Source of the DNA: an uncultured bacterium
GTDB lineage: Bacteria > Eisenbacteria > RBG-16-71-46 > CAIMUX01 > WJJG01
Direction of reading: 5' to 3'
NCBI GenBank assembly: GCA_964417675.1
Contig: CAYQJL010000166.1
Coordinates: 2,867-66,866, forward strand
Length of the DNA stretch: 64,000 nt
The notes below the pieces were generated by a model. The model saw nothing but the letters and a program-made list of their open reading frames with translations, searched no databases and was not told where the DNA came from. The position numbers and the translations under genes were made by a program. Below are positions 35,798 to 45,000 of the stretch, one piece after another (the first letter of the stretch is position 1; each line of letters opens with the position of its first letter).

Positions 35798-37618
35798 CTA
35801 GAGGTCCTCCTCCAGCTCGGCGGCGAGCCGCTGGCGCTCATGCAGACGGGCGTAGAGCCCTCCGGCGGCGATCAGCGCCGCGTGGCGTCCGCGCTCGATC
35901 ACCCGGCCCCGGTCCAGAACGAGAATGAGATCGGCGTCCCGGACCGCGGAGATCCGGTGCGAGACGATCACCGAGGTGCGCGCCTTCACATAGCCGCGCA
36001 GTTCCTCGAGCAGCTCCTCCTCGGTTTGGGCGTCGACGGCCGACAACGTGTCATCGAGCAGCAGGATCTGCGGCTCGCACAGCAGCGCCCGCGCCAGCGA
36101 GACGCGCTGGCGCTGTCCGCCCGACAGGGTGATGCCGCGTTCACCGACCGGCGTCGCGAGGCCCTCGGGGAAGCTCTCGATCTCCTCGGCGATGCGGGCC
36201 GCGCGGGCAGCCTCTTTCACCTCGCCCCGTCCGGCCGCGGGCCGGCCGTAGGCGATGTTGTTGTGAATCGAGGTGGAGAAGAGGAAGGCGTCCTGGGGCG
36301 CATAGCCGGTGATCGAACGGACCGCGTCCAGATCCCGGTCGCGCAGATCGGTGTGATCGATGCGAACGGCGCCCGCGGTCGGGTCGTAGAAGCGCAGCAG
36401 CAGCTTCAGGATCGTGCTCTTGCCGGATCCGGTGCGGCCGACGATGCCCAGCGTCTGACCCGGTTCGAGATGAAAGTCGATCCCCTCGAGGGCGGGCGCT
36501 TCGGCGCCCGGGTAGGTGAAGCTGACCTGATGGAAGGTGATCCGCGGCGCCGGCCGGCCCGTCTGCGGGCCGGGGCGGATGCGCGGCTCGACCGCGAGCA
36601 TGCCCCGGATGCGCGCGGCGGCGCTCGCGCCGGTCTGCAGGCGCGTGATCACGAATCCAATCGCGATCACCGGCCAGGTCAGCTCGGTCAGGTAGGCCGA
36701 AAGTGCGACCAGCGAGCCCAGGCTCAACGTGCCGTCGATGACCTGCCGCCCGCCGACCAGCAAGGCGATGGCCAGGCCGCTGCCGGCCAGCAAGTTCATC
36801 GCCGCCACGAAGCGGGCGCGCAAGGAGGCCACGGCCATATTGGCGTCGACATACTCGTCATTGACCGCGCGGAAGCGGCGGCCCGCCTTCTCCTCCTGGG
36901 CATAGGCGCGCAGGATGCGCATGCCGGCGAGATCTTCCTGCACGCGGGCCGAGATGCGCCCGAATAGATCCTGGACCGTGCGTGAACGCTGGTGCAGCGA
37001 TCGGCCGAAGTAGAACGTGACCAGTGAAATGGGCGGATACGGCGCGAAGGCCATCAGGGTCAGCCGCGGATCGATCGCGATCATCAGGGCCAGGGAGGTG
37101 ACCAGCATCAGGCTCATCGTGCCGGCATACATCAGCCCGGGCCCGGCCACATCCCGCACCGCGCCCAGATCGTTGGTGAAGTGGGCCATGATCTCGCCGG
37201 TTCGCTCGCGCCCGAAGTAGCTCTGATCGAGTCCCTGCATGTGCCGGAAGATGTCCTGGCGTAGGTCGTACTCGATGCGGCGTGAGGCGCCGATGATCAG
37301 CCAGCGCTGAAGGTAGAGGAAGAGCCCGCCTACCGCGGCCGCTCCGATCAGAAGCCCGGCGTATCCGGCGATCTGTTCATGCGAGGTGCCCGCGCCCAGG
37401 GCGTCGATGCCCAGCTTCAGGATCCAGGGAATCAGGCGGGTGGCGGCGAGGGAGAAGACCATGCAGACCAGGCCCGTGAGGATCTGCACGCGGTAGCGCC
37501 GCAGATAGGGCAGCAACAGGGCCAGATTCCGAATGATCCACCTCCATCTGTGCCGGGGGGCTGCCCCGGGATCGAGTGTGCTGGGTCGGTCCGCGCCCGG
37601 TCGGTCCGCGCCGGCCAA
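35798..37618 (-). CDS. ABC transporter, fused permease/ATPase (partner half-transporter)
   Basis: GRTGSGKSTIL, LSGGQRQRVSLARAL, ILLLDDTLSAVD. Its stop codon abuts the start of the downstream gene. TTG start is the only in-frame start. Confidence 0.9.
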   Translation of the reverse strand: MAGADRPGADRPSTLDPGAAPRHRWRWIIRNLALLLPYLRRYRVQILTGLVCMVFSLAATRLIPWILKLGIDALGAGTSHEQIAGYAGLLIGAAAVGGLFLYLQRWLIIGASRRIEYDLRQDIFRHMQGLDQSYFGRERTGEIMAHFTNDLGAVRDVAGPGLMYAGTMSLMLVTSLALMIAIDPRLTLMAFAPYPPISLVTFYFGRSLHQRSRTVQDLFGRISARVQEDLAGMRILRAYAQEEKAGRRFRAVNDEYVDANMAVASLRARFVAAMNLLAGSGLAIALLVGGRQVIDGTLSLGSLVALSAYLTELTWPVIAIGFVITRLQTGASAAARIRGMLAVEPRIRPGPQTGRPAPRITFHQVSFTYPGAEAPALEGIDFHLEPGQTLGIVGRTGSGKSTILKLLLRFYDPTAGAVRIDHTDLRDRDLDAVRSITGYAPQDAFLFSTSIHNNIAYGRPAAGRGEVKEAARAARIAEEIESFPEGLATPVGERGITLSGGQRQRVSLARALLCEPQILLLDDTLSAVDAQTEEELLEELRGYVKARTSVIVSHRISAVRDADLILVLDRGRVIERGRHAALIAAGGLYARLHERQRLAAELEEDL

Positions 37619-37664
37619 GTCTGCGCCGCGCCTGCCTGCGCCGCGCCTGCCTGCGCCGGGCTGC
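37584..37664. repeat. two adjacent 15-bp tandem arrays at the 5' end and upstream of the ABC gene
   Basis: ggtcggtccgcgccc/ggtcggtccgcgccg (37584-37613, encodes GADRPGADRP), then ctgcgccgcgcctgc x2 plus a partial third copy (37621-37664). Confidence 0.85.
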
Positions 37665-37871
37665 AGCGCGATGACCCGGTCACGGCCGGCCAGCAGTCGA
37701 TCCTAGCACGGATGCCCGCCAACCGCTATCATCGCAGCCGCCGGGGGTCCGCCGCGAACGAGGCCGGTTCCGGTGGCCGCCGCCCGACAATGTGCCGGGC
37801 GCGCCCGGTCGAACCCGCCGCCGGCTGCCCGTCACCGCTCGGGTGGAAGGAGGCCAGAGAGGAGGCTCACT

Positions 37872-38825
37872 GTGCAGAATGACCGCGAGCGCAATCTCGC
37901 GCTGTTCATCGATTTCGACAATGTCGCCCTGGGCGCGCGGGAAGCGCGCCTGCCGTTCAACATCCAGATGATACTGGAGCGCCTGTTGGAGAAGGGCAAG
38001 ATCATCGTCAAGAAGGCCTACGCGGACTGGAGCCACTTCAAGGATCACATGACCGACCTGCACGGTGCGGGCATCGAGCTGATCGAGATTCCCCGCCCGC
38101 GCATGACCGGCAAGAACAGCGCCGACATCCGCCTGGTGGTCGACGCGATGGATCTGTGTCACAGCAAGGCACACGTCGACTCGTTCGTCATCGTATCCGG
38201 CGATTCGGATTTCTCGCCGCTGGTCGGCAAGCTGCGCGAAAACAACAAGTCGGTCATCGGCATCGGCGTGAAGCACACGACGTCGCAGCTGCTGGTCGCC
38301 GTGTGCGATGAGTTCATCTACTACGACGATCTGGTCGAGGAAACCGGCCGCCGGGCGGCCGACTCCCTCGACGAGTTGCCGGATGAACAACGCAAGCTGT
38401 TCGACTTCCTCCTCGCCACCGCGCGCGGCCTCCTGCGCGAGGGACGCGAGCAACTCTACTCCTCGCTGATCAAAGATACGATGAAGCGCAAGCGCCCCGC
38501 CTTCGACGAGAACAAGTACGGCTATGCCACGTTCGGAGAGCTGCTCGAGGAGGCCGCCGCGCTCGAACTGCTCGAGGTGTCGCGCGATTCCTCCGCGGGC
38601 GGCACGTGGGTGGTGACCGGCTTCGGCAAGCAGGCTCCCTCACCCCGCCGCCGGGCCCGCCGCTCGGCCCGCTCCCGCGGCCGCGGCAGTGAGAGCGCCA
38701 AGCCGGCCGCTGTCGCGGAGACGGAGAAGGAACCGGCCCGTGCCGCCGGAGCGGCCGCGCGGACCGGCACGAGCCGGCCGGCCAAGAAGCGCCCCAGCCG
38801 CCGGCGAACTCCCGCGAAGGAGTAG
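37872..38825 (+). CDS. NYN (LabA-like) nuclease domain + OST-HTH/LOTUS domain protein with basic disordered tail
   Basis: LALFIDFDNV...KAYADW...TGKNSADIRLVVDAMDL...FVIVSGDSDFSPLV (NYN). LYSSLIKDTMKRKRPAFDENKYGYATFGELLEEA (OST-HTH). Arg/Lys-rich C-terminus. GGAGG + GTG 37872. Confidence 0.8.
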   Translation: MQNDRERNLALFIDFDNVALGAREARLPFNIQMILERLLEKGKIIVKKAYADWSHFKDHMTDLHGAGIELIEIPRPRMTGKNSADIRLVVDAMDLCHSKAHVDSFVIVSGDSDFSPLVGKLRENNKSVIGIGVKHTTSQLLVAVCDEFIYYDDLVEETGRRAADSLDELPDEQRKLFDFLLATARGLLREGREQLYSSLIKDTMKRKRPAFDENKYGYATFGELLEEAAALELLEVSRDSSAGGTWVVTGFGKQAPSPRRRARRSARSRGRGSESAKPAAVAETEKEPARAAGAAARTGTSRPAKKRPSRRRTPAKE

Positions 38826-38833
38826 CGCGGCGC

Positions 38834-40372
38834 CTAGTGCTCCGCTAACCAGGCGCGGATCACCGGCCAGCTCCACTGCGGCGCATCCTGGCCGGCGATG
38901 AGGTCCACGTGGCCGTAGTCGAGCAGCCGCTCCTCAGGGTCCGGCTCCACATCGACGATGTGGGTGGTGATATCCGAGCTGCCCAGGAGCGTCAGCGTGT
39001 AGAGGCCGTACTCCCCGAAGCCGCCGCCGGCGCCTACATAGAGGACCGGCACGGTGATCTCTCCGAGATGATCGTCATACGGAAGATCTTCCGAGCCGCA
39101 GGCGACCTTGAGCAATTCCGCCATACACAGCGTGGGCGTGTAGGATGACCAGAGCTCGATGAAATCGAGCCAGAAGTCATCCGATACATTGAGCAGGCTG
39201 TTGGGATGGCCTTCTTCGTCGAACACGCCGGTCACGAGGTGGTAGCCCGGAACGAAAGAATACTCGCCCTCGAACCCGGAACCACTGGCCAGGGCCGCCT
39301 GGTAGTTTGTGAAACCCGCGTAGTAGGGATCCTGGCTTGGACTGTCGGGGTCGAGGCGCGCCAGGCGGCCCAGGTCGCGGGCATAGGCTCCCCAGTTGTC
39401 GGCGTAGTAGCCCTCACTATAGAGCCAGTCGTAGTAGTCCGCGAAGTCGCAGGCGGCTTGCATGCACTCCGGGCAGTCGGTCTTGAAATGGTAATCGACA
39501 TTCACGAATCCGCTCACGTGGCGATGGCCCGGCGGGCGTTGGGTTTCCATGTTCAGGTAGGCGTAGCCCAGATAGCCCCCATAGCTGTAGCCCAGGAACT
39601 GCATCTTGCGGAAGCCGTTGCCGGTGAGGAGCCGAACCAGCCGCGCGGTACCCAGCGCGACACTCATGTCGCCGATATCGACTGCGGTGTTCCAATCGGC
39701 CATGAATTCGAAGTCGGTCGTTTCCTCCGGAACGAGCGTCCAGCGCAGATCGACCCCCCAGACGTCGATGCCGTCCTCGGCCAGGGCGACCGGCAGGGCG
39801 TGATCGGCCGGGACGGTGGGCGAGTAGAGCCCGGTCAGGAAGATCTGGCGGAACAGCCCGGGTGAACCGTGCACGAACATCACCGACCGCTTCGCGCGAA
39901 TCGGAACATGGGGCCTGCGCTCCTTCACGACCCGGTGCAGCCCCATGATGTCGTAGGGGCCGTCCCCCACCCTGATCTGCATGCTGTAGAGAGCCACCTC
40001 CTCGGTGATCGGGACCCGCTCGAACTCGTAGATCGGGCCATGCGGACCTTGGCACAGGGCCATCCCGGCGACCGACAGTTCCTCCGCGGAGGCCTCGACC
40101 AACCAGCCGGCTTCTTCCACGATCGACCAGGCCAGGGCCTCGGTGAGACTCGTGGTCCCGCCCCCCGGTTCGGGTTGCGCCGGGGAGATCGACTTCTCTT
40201 CCGAGCAACCCGCGAGAACGAAGACCAACACGAGGATGGCATTCAGGAACCTGACAGACAGGGTGAAAACGGGCCGGCGCAGGAGATTTCGGAATCTCAG
40301 GGGGGGATGACAGGCGGGAGCCGGGTCAGGCTTCGCGCCGAATGCCGCGGCGCGATCGGCGGGCGATTCCAC
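38834..40372 (-). CDS. alpha/beta-hydrolase-fold lipoprotein (lipase/esterase-like)
   Basis: Lipobox LVFVLAGC and nucleophile elbow FLGYSYGGYLGY. Start is uncertain; the ORF opens at GTG 40372. Confidence 0.7.
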   Translation of the reverse strand: MESPADRAAAFGAKPDPAPACHPPLRFRNLLRRPVFTLSVRFLNAILVLVFVLAGCSEEKSISPAQPEPGGGTTSLTEALAWSIVEEAGWLVEASAEELSVAGMALCQGPHGPIYEFERVPITEEVALYSMQIRVGDGPYDIMGLHRVVKERRPHVPIRAKRSVMFVHGSPGLFRQIFLTGLYSPTVPADHALPVALAEDGIDVWGVDLRWTLVPEETTDFEFMADWNTAVDIGDMSVALGTARLVRLLTGNGFRKMQFLGYSYGGYLGYAYLNMETQRPPGHRHVSGFVNVDYHFKTDCPECMQAACDFADYYDWLYSEGYYADNWGAYARDLGRLARLDPDSPSQDPYYAGFTNYQAALASGSGFEGEYSFVPGYHLVTGVFDEEGHPNSLLNVSDDFWLDFIELWSSYTPTLCMAELLKVACGSEDLPYDDHLGEITVPVLYVGAGGGFGEYGLYTLTLLGSSDITTHIVDVEPDPEERLLDYGHVDLIAGQDAPQWSWPVIRAWLAEH

Positions 40373-40373
40373 T

Positions 40374-40390
40374 GGGAGTTGACAACTCCC
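40374..40390. promoter_or_regulatory. perfect 7-3-7 palindrome GGGAGTTgacAACTCCC overlapping a consensus TTGACA, upstream of hdrC
   Basis: TTGACA at 40379-40384. A partner half-site TTGTCA sits at 40394-40399. About 70 nt upstream of GTG 40455. Confidence 0.3.
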
Positions 40391-40454
40391 GGCTTGTCAC
40401 CCAAACTTACCCTCTTATTGCTTTCGCGACGGGCAGAGGCTGGGGAGAAGGCCG

Positions 40455-41048
40455 GTGAGCCAGCAGGTCATACGATTGAACGAGTTTAGCTCGGAGCTCC
40501 TGAGTGAGATCGGGGCTTCGGGCATCTCGCCCCAGGACTGCTATCAATGCGGCCGCTGCTCCTCCGGCTGCCCGATCCAGCCCCACTTCGACATCAAGAC
40601 CATGGAGGTGGTCAAGCTGGCCGCGCTCGGCATCGAGCAGCCCATCATGACCAGCCATGCCATCTGGCTGTGCGCCGGGTGCGAGACCTGCACGACCCGC
40701 TGTCCCAACGAGATCGACATCGCCGGCCTGATGGATCTGTTGCGGCAGTACAGCATCCGCAAGAAGTACGCGCCGGCCGAGCCGAGGATCGCGACGTTCC
40801 ACCGGACCTACCTCGATGTGATCCGGCATTGGGGCCGCATTTTCGAGGTGGAGCTGTTTGCCACCTACAAGCTGCGCAGCCGCGATCTGTTCAGCGACCT
40901 GGGCATGGGCATGAAGATGTTCTTCCAGGGCAAGCTGGGCCTGCGCCCACACCGGATCAAGGACCAGGCCGCGCTGCGGCGGATCTTCCGTGAAGCGCGC
41001 GCGGCGCGCCGGCATCCGGATCGCGATCAAGGGGCGGGGCCACGATGA
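40455..41048 (+). CDS. hdrC: heterodisulfide reductase subunit C-like (two 4Fe-4S motifs)
   Basis: CYQCGRCSSGCP and CAGCETCTTRCP. GGGGAGAAGG lies upstream of GTG 40455. Confidence 0.85.
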   Translation: MSQQVIRLNEFSSELLSEIGASGISPQDCYQCGRCSSGCPIQPHFDIKTMEVVKLAALGIEQPIMTSHAIWLCAGCETCTTRCPNEIDIAGLMDLLRQYSIRKKYAPAEPRIATFHRTYLDVIRHWGRIFEVELFATYKLRSRDLFSDLGMGMKMFFQGKLGLRPHRIKDQAALRRIFREARAARRHPDRDQGAGPR

Positions 41049-41971
41049 AGTTCGCCTACTTTCCCGGTTGCACCATGAAGGGGACCGCGGTCGACTACGA
41101 AGCGTCGCTGCGCGAGACCCTCGCGCATCTGGATATCGAACTGGAAGAGCTTCCGGACTGGAACTGCTGCGGGGCCTCGTCGGCCCACATGACCGACGCG
41201 GCGCTCGACATCGGGCTGACCGCCCGCACTCTGGACCTGGCGCAGGCGAGCGGCCGCTCGGTGGTCGTCACGCCCTGCCCGGCCTGCTATCTCCGGCTGC
41301 GCCATGCCGACCATCTGCTGCGCGAGCACCCCGAGAAGCACGGGCGTTCAAGCTACGCCCCCGACTTCGAGATCAAGTACGTGACGGCGATTCTGGCCGG
41401 CGACGAGATCCTCGCCAGGATCAAGGCCAAGGTCCGACGCCCGCTCACCGGGTTGAAACTGGCCGCCTACTACGGTTGCCTTTCACAGCGACCGCCCAAG
41501 ATCACCGGCGCGGCGAGTCACGAGCATCCCACCGACCTGGATCGCATCGTTGCCGCCGTGGGCGCGACCCCCGTGCGCTGGTCGCACAAGACCGAGTGCT
41601 GCGGTGGCAGCCTGACGGTGACGCGCGCCGACATCGTGCGCGGGCTGGTCAAGGATATCATCGTGGCCGCCAAGCGGGGCGGGGCCGAGGCGGTCGTCAC
41701 CGATTGCGCCATGTGCCAGGCCAACCTCGAGTCGCGCCAGGCCGATCTGGCCAGCGCCGAGCGGGGATTTGGGCCGCTGCCGGTCTACTTCGCCACCGAG
41801 ATTCTGGCCGGCGCCATGGGCGCAACGGGCGTGAACAAGTGGGCCAAGGGGCACCTGGTGGAGGCCCGGCTGTTGGGCGAGCGGCTCGCCGCCGCACCGG
41901 CGGCCGGTCAAGAGGGCGCCGCGCCGGAGGGGCCGCCGACGGCCCGCGCCGTGAAACCGGCGGCCGGGTAG
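41045..41971 (+). CDS. hdrB: heterodisulfide reductase subunit B-like (two CCG domains)
   Basis: YFPGCT...DWNCCGAS...TPCPACY and YYGCL...TECCGGS...TDCAMCQ. ATGA overlap with hdrC. Confidence 0.88.
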   Translation: MKFAYFPGCTMKGTAVDYEASLRETLAHLDIELEELPDWNCCGASSAHMTDAALDIGLTARTLDLAQASGRSVVVTPCPACYLRLRHADHLLREHPEKHGRSSYAPDFEIKYVTAILAGDEILARIKAKVRRPLTGLKLAAYYGCLSQRPPKITGAASHEHPTDLDRIVAAVGATPVRWSHKTECCGGSLTVTRADIVRGLVKDIIVAAKRGGAEAVVTDCAMCQANLESRQADLASAERGFGPLPVYFATEILAGAMGATGVNKWAKGHLVEARLLGERLAAAPAAGQEGAAPEGPPTARAVKPAAG

Positions 41972-42001
41972 CTCGGGCAGCGAGGGGAAGAAGGTTCCGG
42001 C

Positions 42002-45000
42002 ATGGAGCAGACTCCAGGCACAGGCAGATCGGGAAACGGCCGGCCGGTGGGCGCGGTCCTCGTGGTGGGTGGCGGCGTGGCGGGCATGCAGGCCACGCTC
42101 GACCTGGTCAACTCGGGCTACAAGGTCTACATGGTCGAGAAGGCGCCGGGCATCGGCGGTAAGATGGCCCAGCTCGACAAGACCTTCCCGACCAATGACT
42201 GCTCGATGTGCATCGTCTCGCCCAAGCTGGTCGAGGTCGGCCGCCACAAGGACGTCGAGCTGCTCACCCACAGCGAGGTGACCGCGATCACCGGCCAGGC
42301 CGGGGACTTCCGGGTGCAGATCCGGCGCCATGCGCGCTATGTGGATGAAGAGAAGTGCACCGGCTGCGGGATGTGCGAGGAGCACTGCCCGGTGCTCTTC
42401 AAGCCGTACTTCCCGGCCGCCCAACCGCCGGCCGAGGCGGAATCTTCGGAGGGCGGCCCGCGCCCCGGGGCGCGACGCAAGTCGCACGCCATTCTGTCAG
42501 AGCGCCGGGTGCGGACGGTCCCCTTCCGGGGTCCGGCCGGCGGCCCGGCCCCGCACGCCTGGAGCTATGCGGTGGCGGCCGAGACGTGCGGCCGCTGCGG
42601 CGCCTGTTTCAAGGCCTGCCCGGTCGAGGCAATTGCCTGGGCCAAGGGCGAACGCGCGGTGATCGATGCCGCCACGTGCATCGGCTGCGGCGCCTGCTTC
42701 ACGGCGTGCCCGCCCAAGTTCAATGCGATCGAGCGCGGCGATATCGTCGATATCGAGCAGGGTTTCGCCGGTGCGGTCGCCAAGCGCTCGATGCAGCTGA
42801 AGGATGAGTTCGCCGGGCAGGTGGATCACGACTGCATCCGTTGTGGACTGTGCGTACAGACCTGCCATGAGCTGATGGGGGCCGGCGCGCTCAAGCTCAA
42901 ACCGGAGGGGATCGAGGCGAGTCAACACCTGTGCCGCGCGTGCGGCGCCTGTGTCGCGATCTGCCCGGTCGGTTTCCTCAAGATCGAGGATCTGACGCCG
43001 CTGGCGCCTCAAGTCATGCCCGACCCCTTCGACGAGGGGCTGGGGCGCAAGAAGCCGATCAAGATCTACTACCCGCAGGTCGTTCCGCGTATTCCGGTGA
43101 TCGATGATCAGAGCTGCATGCATTTGCGGACGGGGGCCTGCGGCGTCTGCTCCCAGATCTGCGGCGTGAATGCGATCGACTACGGCGCGCAGCCGCGCGA
43201 TCTGGAACTTCAGGTCGGTGCGGTCGTGCTGGCGCCCGGGGGCAAGGAGTTCGAGGCCGAGCTGCGCGGGGAATACGGCTACGGCATCTACGACAACGTG
43301 ATCACCTCGATCCAGTTCGAACGCCTTCTGTCAGCCTCGGGTCCCACGATGGGGCATGTCTACCGGCCCTCGGACCACAAGGATCCCAAGAAGATCGCCT
43401 GGATCCAGTGTGTCGGTTCGCGCGACCGCACCTGCGACAAAGACTACTGCTCCTCGGTCTGCTGCATGTATGCCTCGAAGGAGGCGGTGATCGCCAAGGA
43501 GCACGATCCAGAGGTCGCGGCGACGATCTTCTACATCGATCTGCGCGCGTTCGGCAAGGGCTTCGACGAGTATGTGACCCGCGCCGAGGAGCAGCACGGC
43601 ATCCGCTACGTGCGTTCGATGGTCAGCCGGGTTTTCGAGGATCCGGTGACCCGCGACCTGTACCTGCGCTACATCGACGAACGGGGTGAGCGCCGTGAGG
43701 AGCGATTCGACCTGGTGGTGCTCTCGGTCGGCTTCCAGGTTCCGGCGGCCACCCGCCAACTGGCCGATCGGTTCGGTTTCAACGCGGATGCCTATGGATT
43801 CGCCGAGACGACCAGTTTCGAACCGCTGGAGACCAGCCGGCCGGGCGTATTCGCCTGCGGTATCCTGAACGGCCCCAAGGACATTCCCGAGACGGTCATG
43901 GAGGCCGGCGGCGCCGCCGGCGCGGTCGGCAGATACCTGGCCGCCGCCCGCGGGACGCTGACCAAAGAGGCGTTCGCAACGCCCGAGGCGCAGATCCCCG
44001 GCGATGCCGGCATCCGCGTGGGCGTCTTCGTCTGCCATTGCGGCCGCAATATCGGTGGAGTGGTCGACGTGCCGGCGACCGCCGAGTACGCGCGGACGTT
44101 GCCCAACGTCGTCCATGCCGCCGACCTCCTGTATGCCTGCTCGATGGATGCCCAGGAAATGCTGGCCCGGGCGATCACCGAGCACCGGCTCAACCGTATC
44201 GTGGTCGCGGCCTGCTCGCCCAAGACCCACGAGCCGCTCTTCCAGGAGACCATGGAGGCCGCCGGCCTCAACAAGTACCTGTTCGAGTTCGCCAACATCC
44301 GCAACCACGTCAGCTGGGTGCACAAGGACGTGCCCGCACTGGCCACCGAGAAGGCCAGGGACCTCGTCCGTATGGCGGTGGCCAAGGTCAGCCGGGCCGA
44401 AGCGCTGGCCGAGGCGCGCCTCGACATCGACCAGAGCGCGCTGGTGATCGGCGGCGGCATCGCCGGCTTGACGGCGGCCAAGACGCTGGCCACCCAGGGA
44501 TACCCCGTGCACCTGGTCGAGCGCGAGCCCGAGCTGGGCGGCCAGGCCAACCGGCTTCATCGCACGTGGATGGGCGAGGACATTCCGGCCGCCCTGGCCG
44601 AGCTCAAGCAGTCCGTGACGAGCGATCCACGGATCACGGTGCATACCGGCACCGAGCTGGCCGCCGTCGACGGGTTCGTCGGCAACTTCTCCTCGTCGCT
44701 GGTCAAGGACGGCAGGTCGATACAGGTTCGCCACGGCGTGGCCGTGGTGGCGACCGGGGCGCGGGCGCACGTGCCCGACGAGTATTTGTACGGGCAGAAC
44801 CCCGCGGTTCTCACGCACCAGGAGCTGGACGAGCGACTGATGCGCAAGGATCCGGCCCTCGCGCAGGTTCGCACCGCCGTCTTCATCCAGTGCGTGGGAT
44901 CCCGCGAGCCGCAGCGGCCCTATTGCTCGCGCGTCTGCTGTAGCCACACCCTCGAGGCGGCGCTGGCCCTCAAGGAGGTCAATCCGGCGATGGACGTCTA

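Noticed and set aside
33842-36967. Long plus-strand ORFs (33842-35425, 35426-36967) opposite the two ABC exporter genes
   Set aside because: The minus-strand products carry complete Walker A, signature and Walker B motifs and TM domains. The plus-strand ORFs are shadows.
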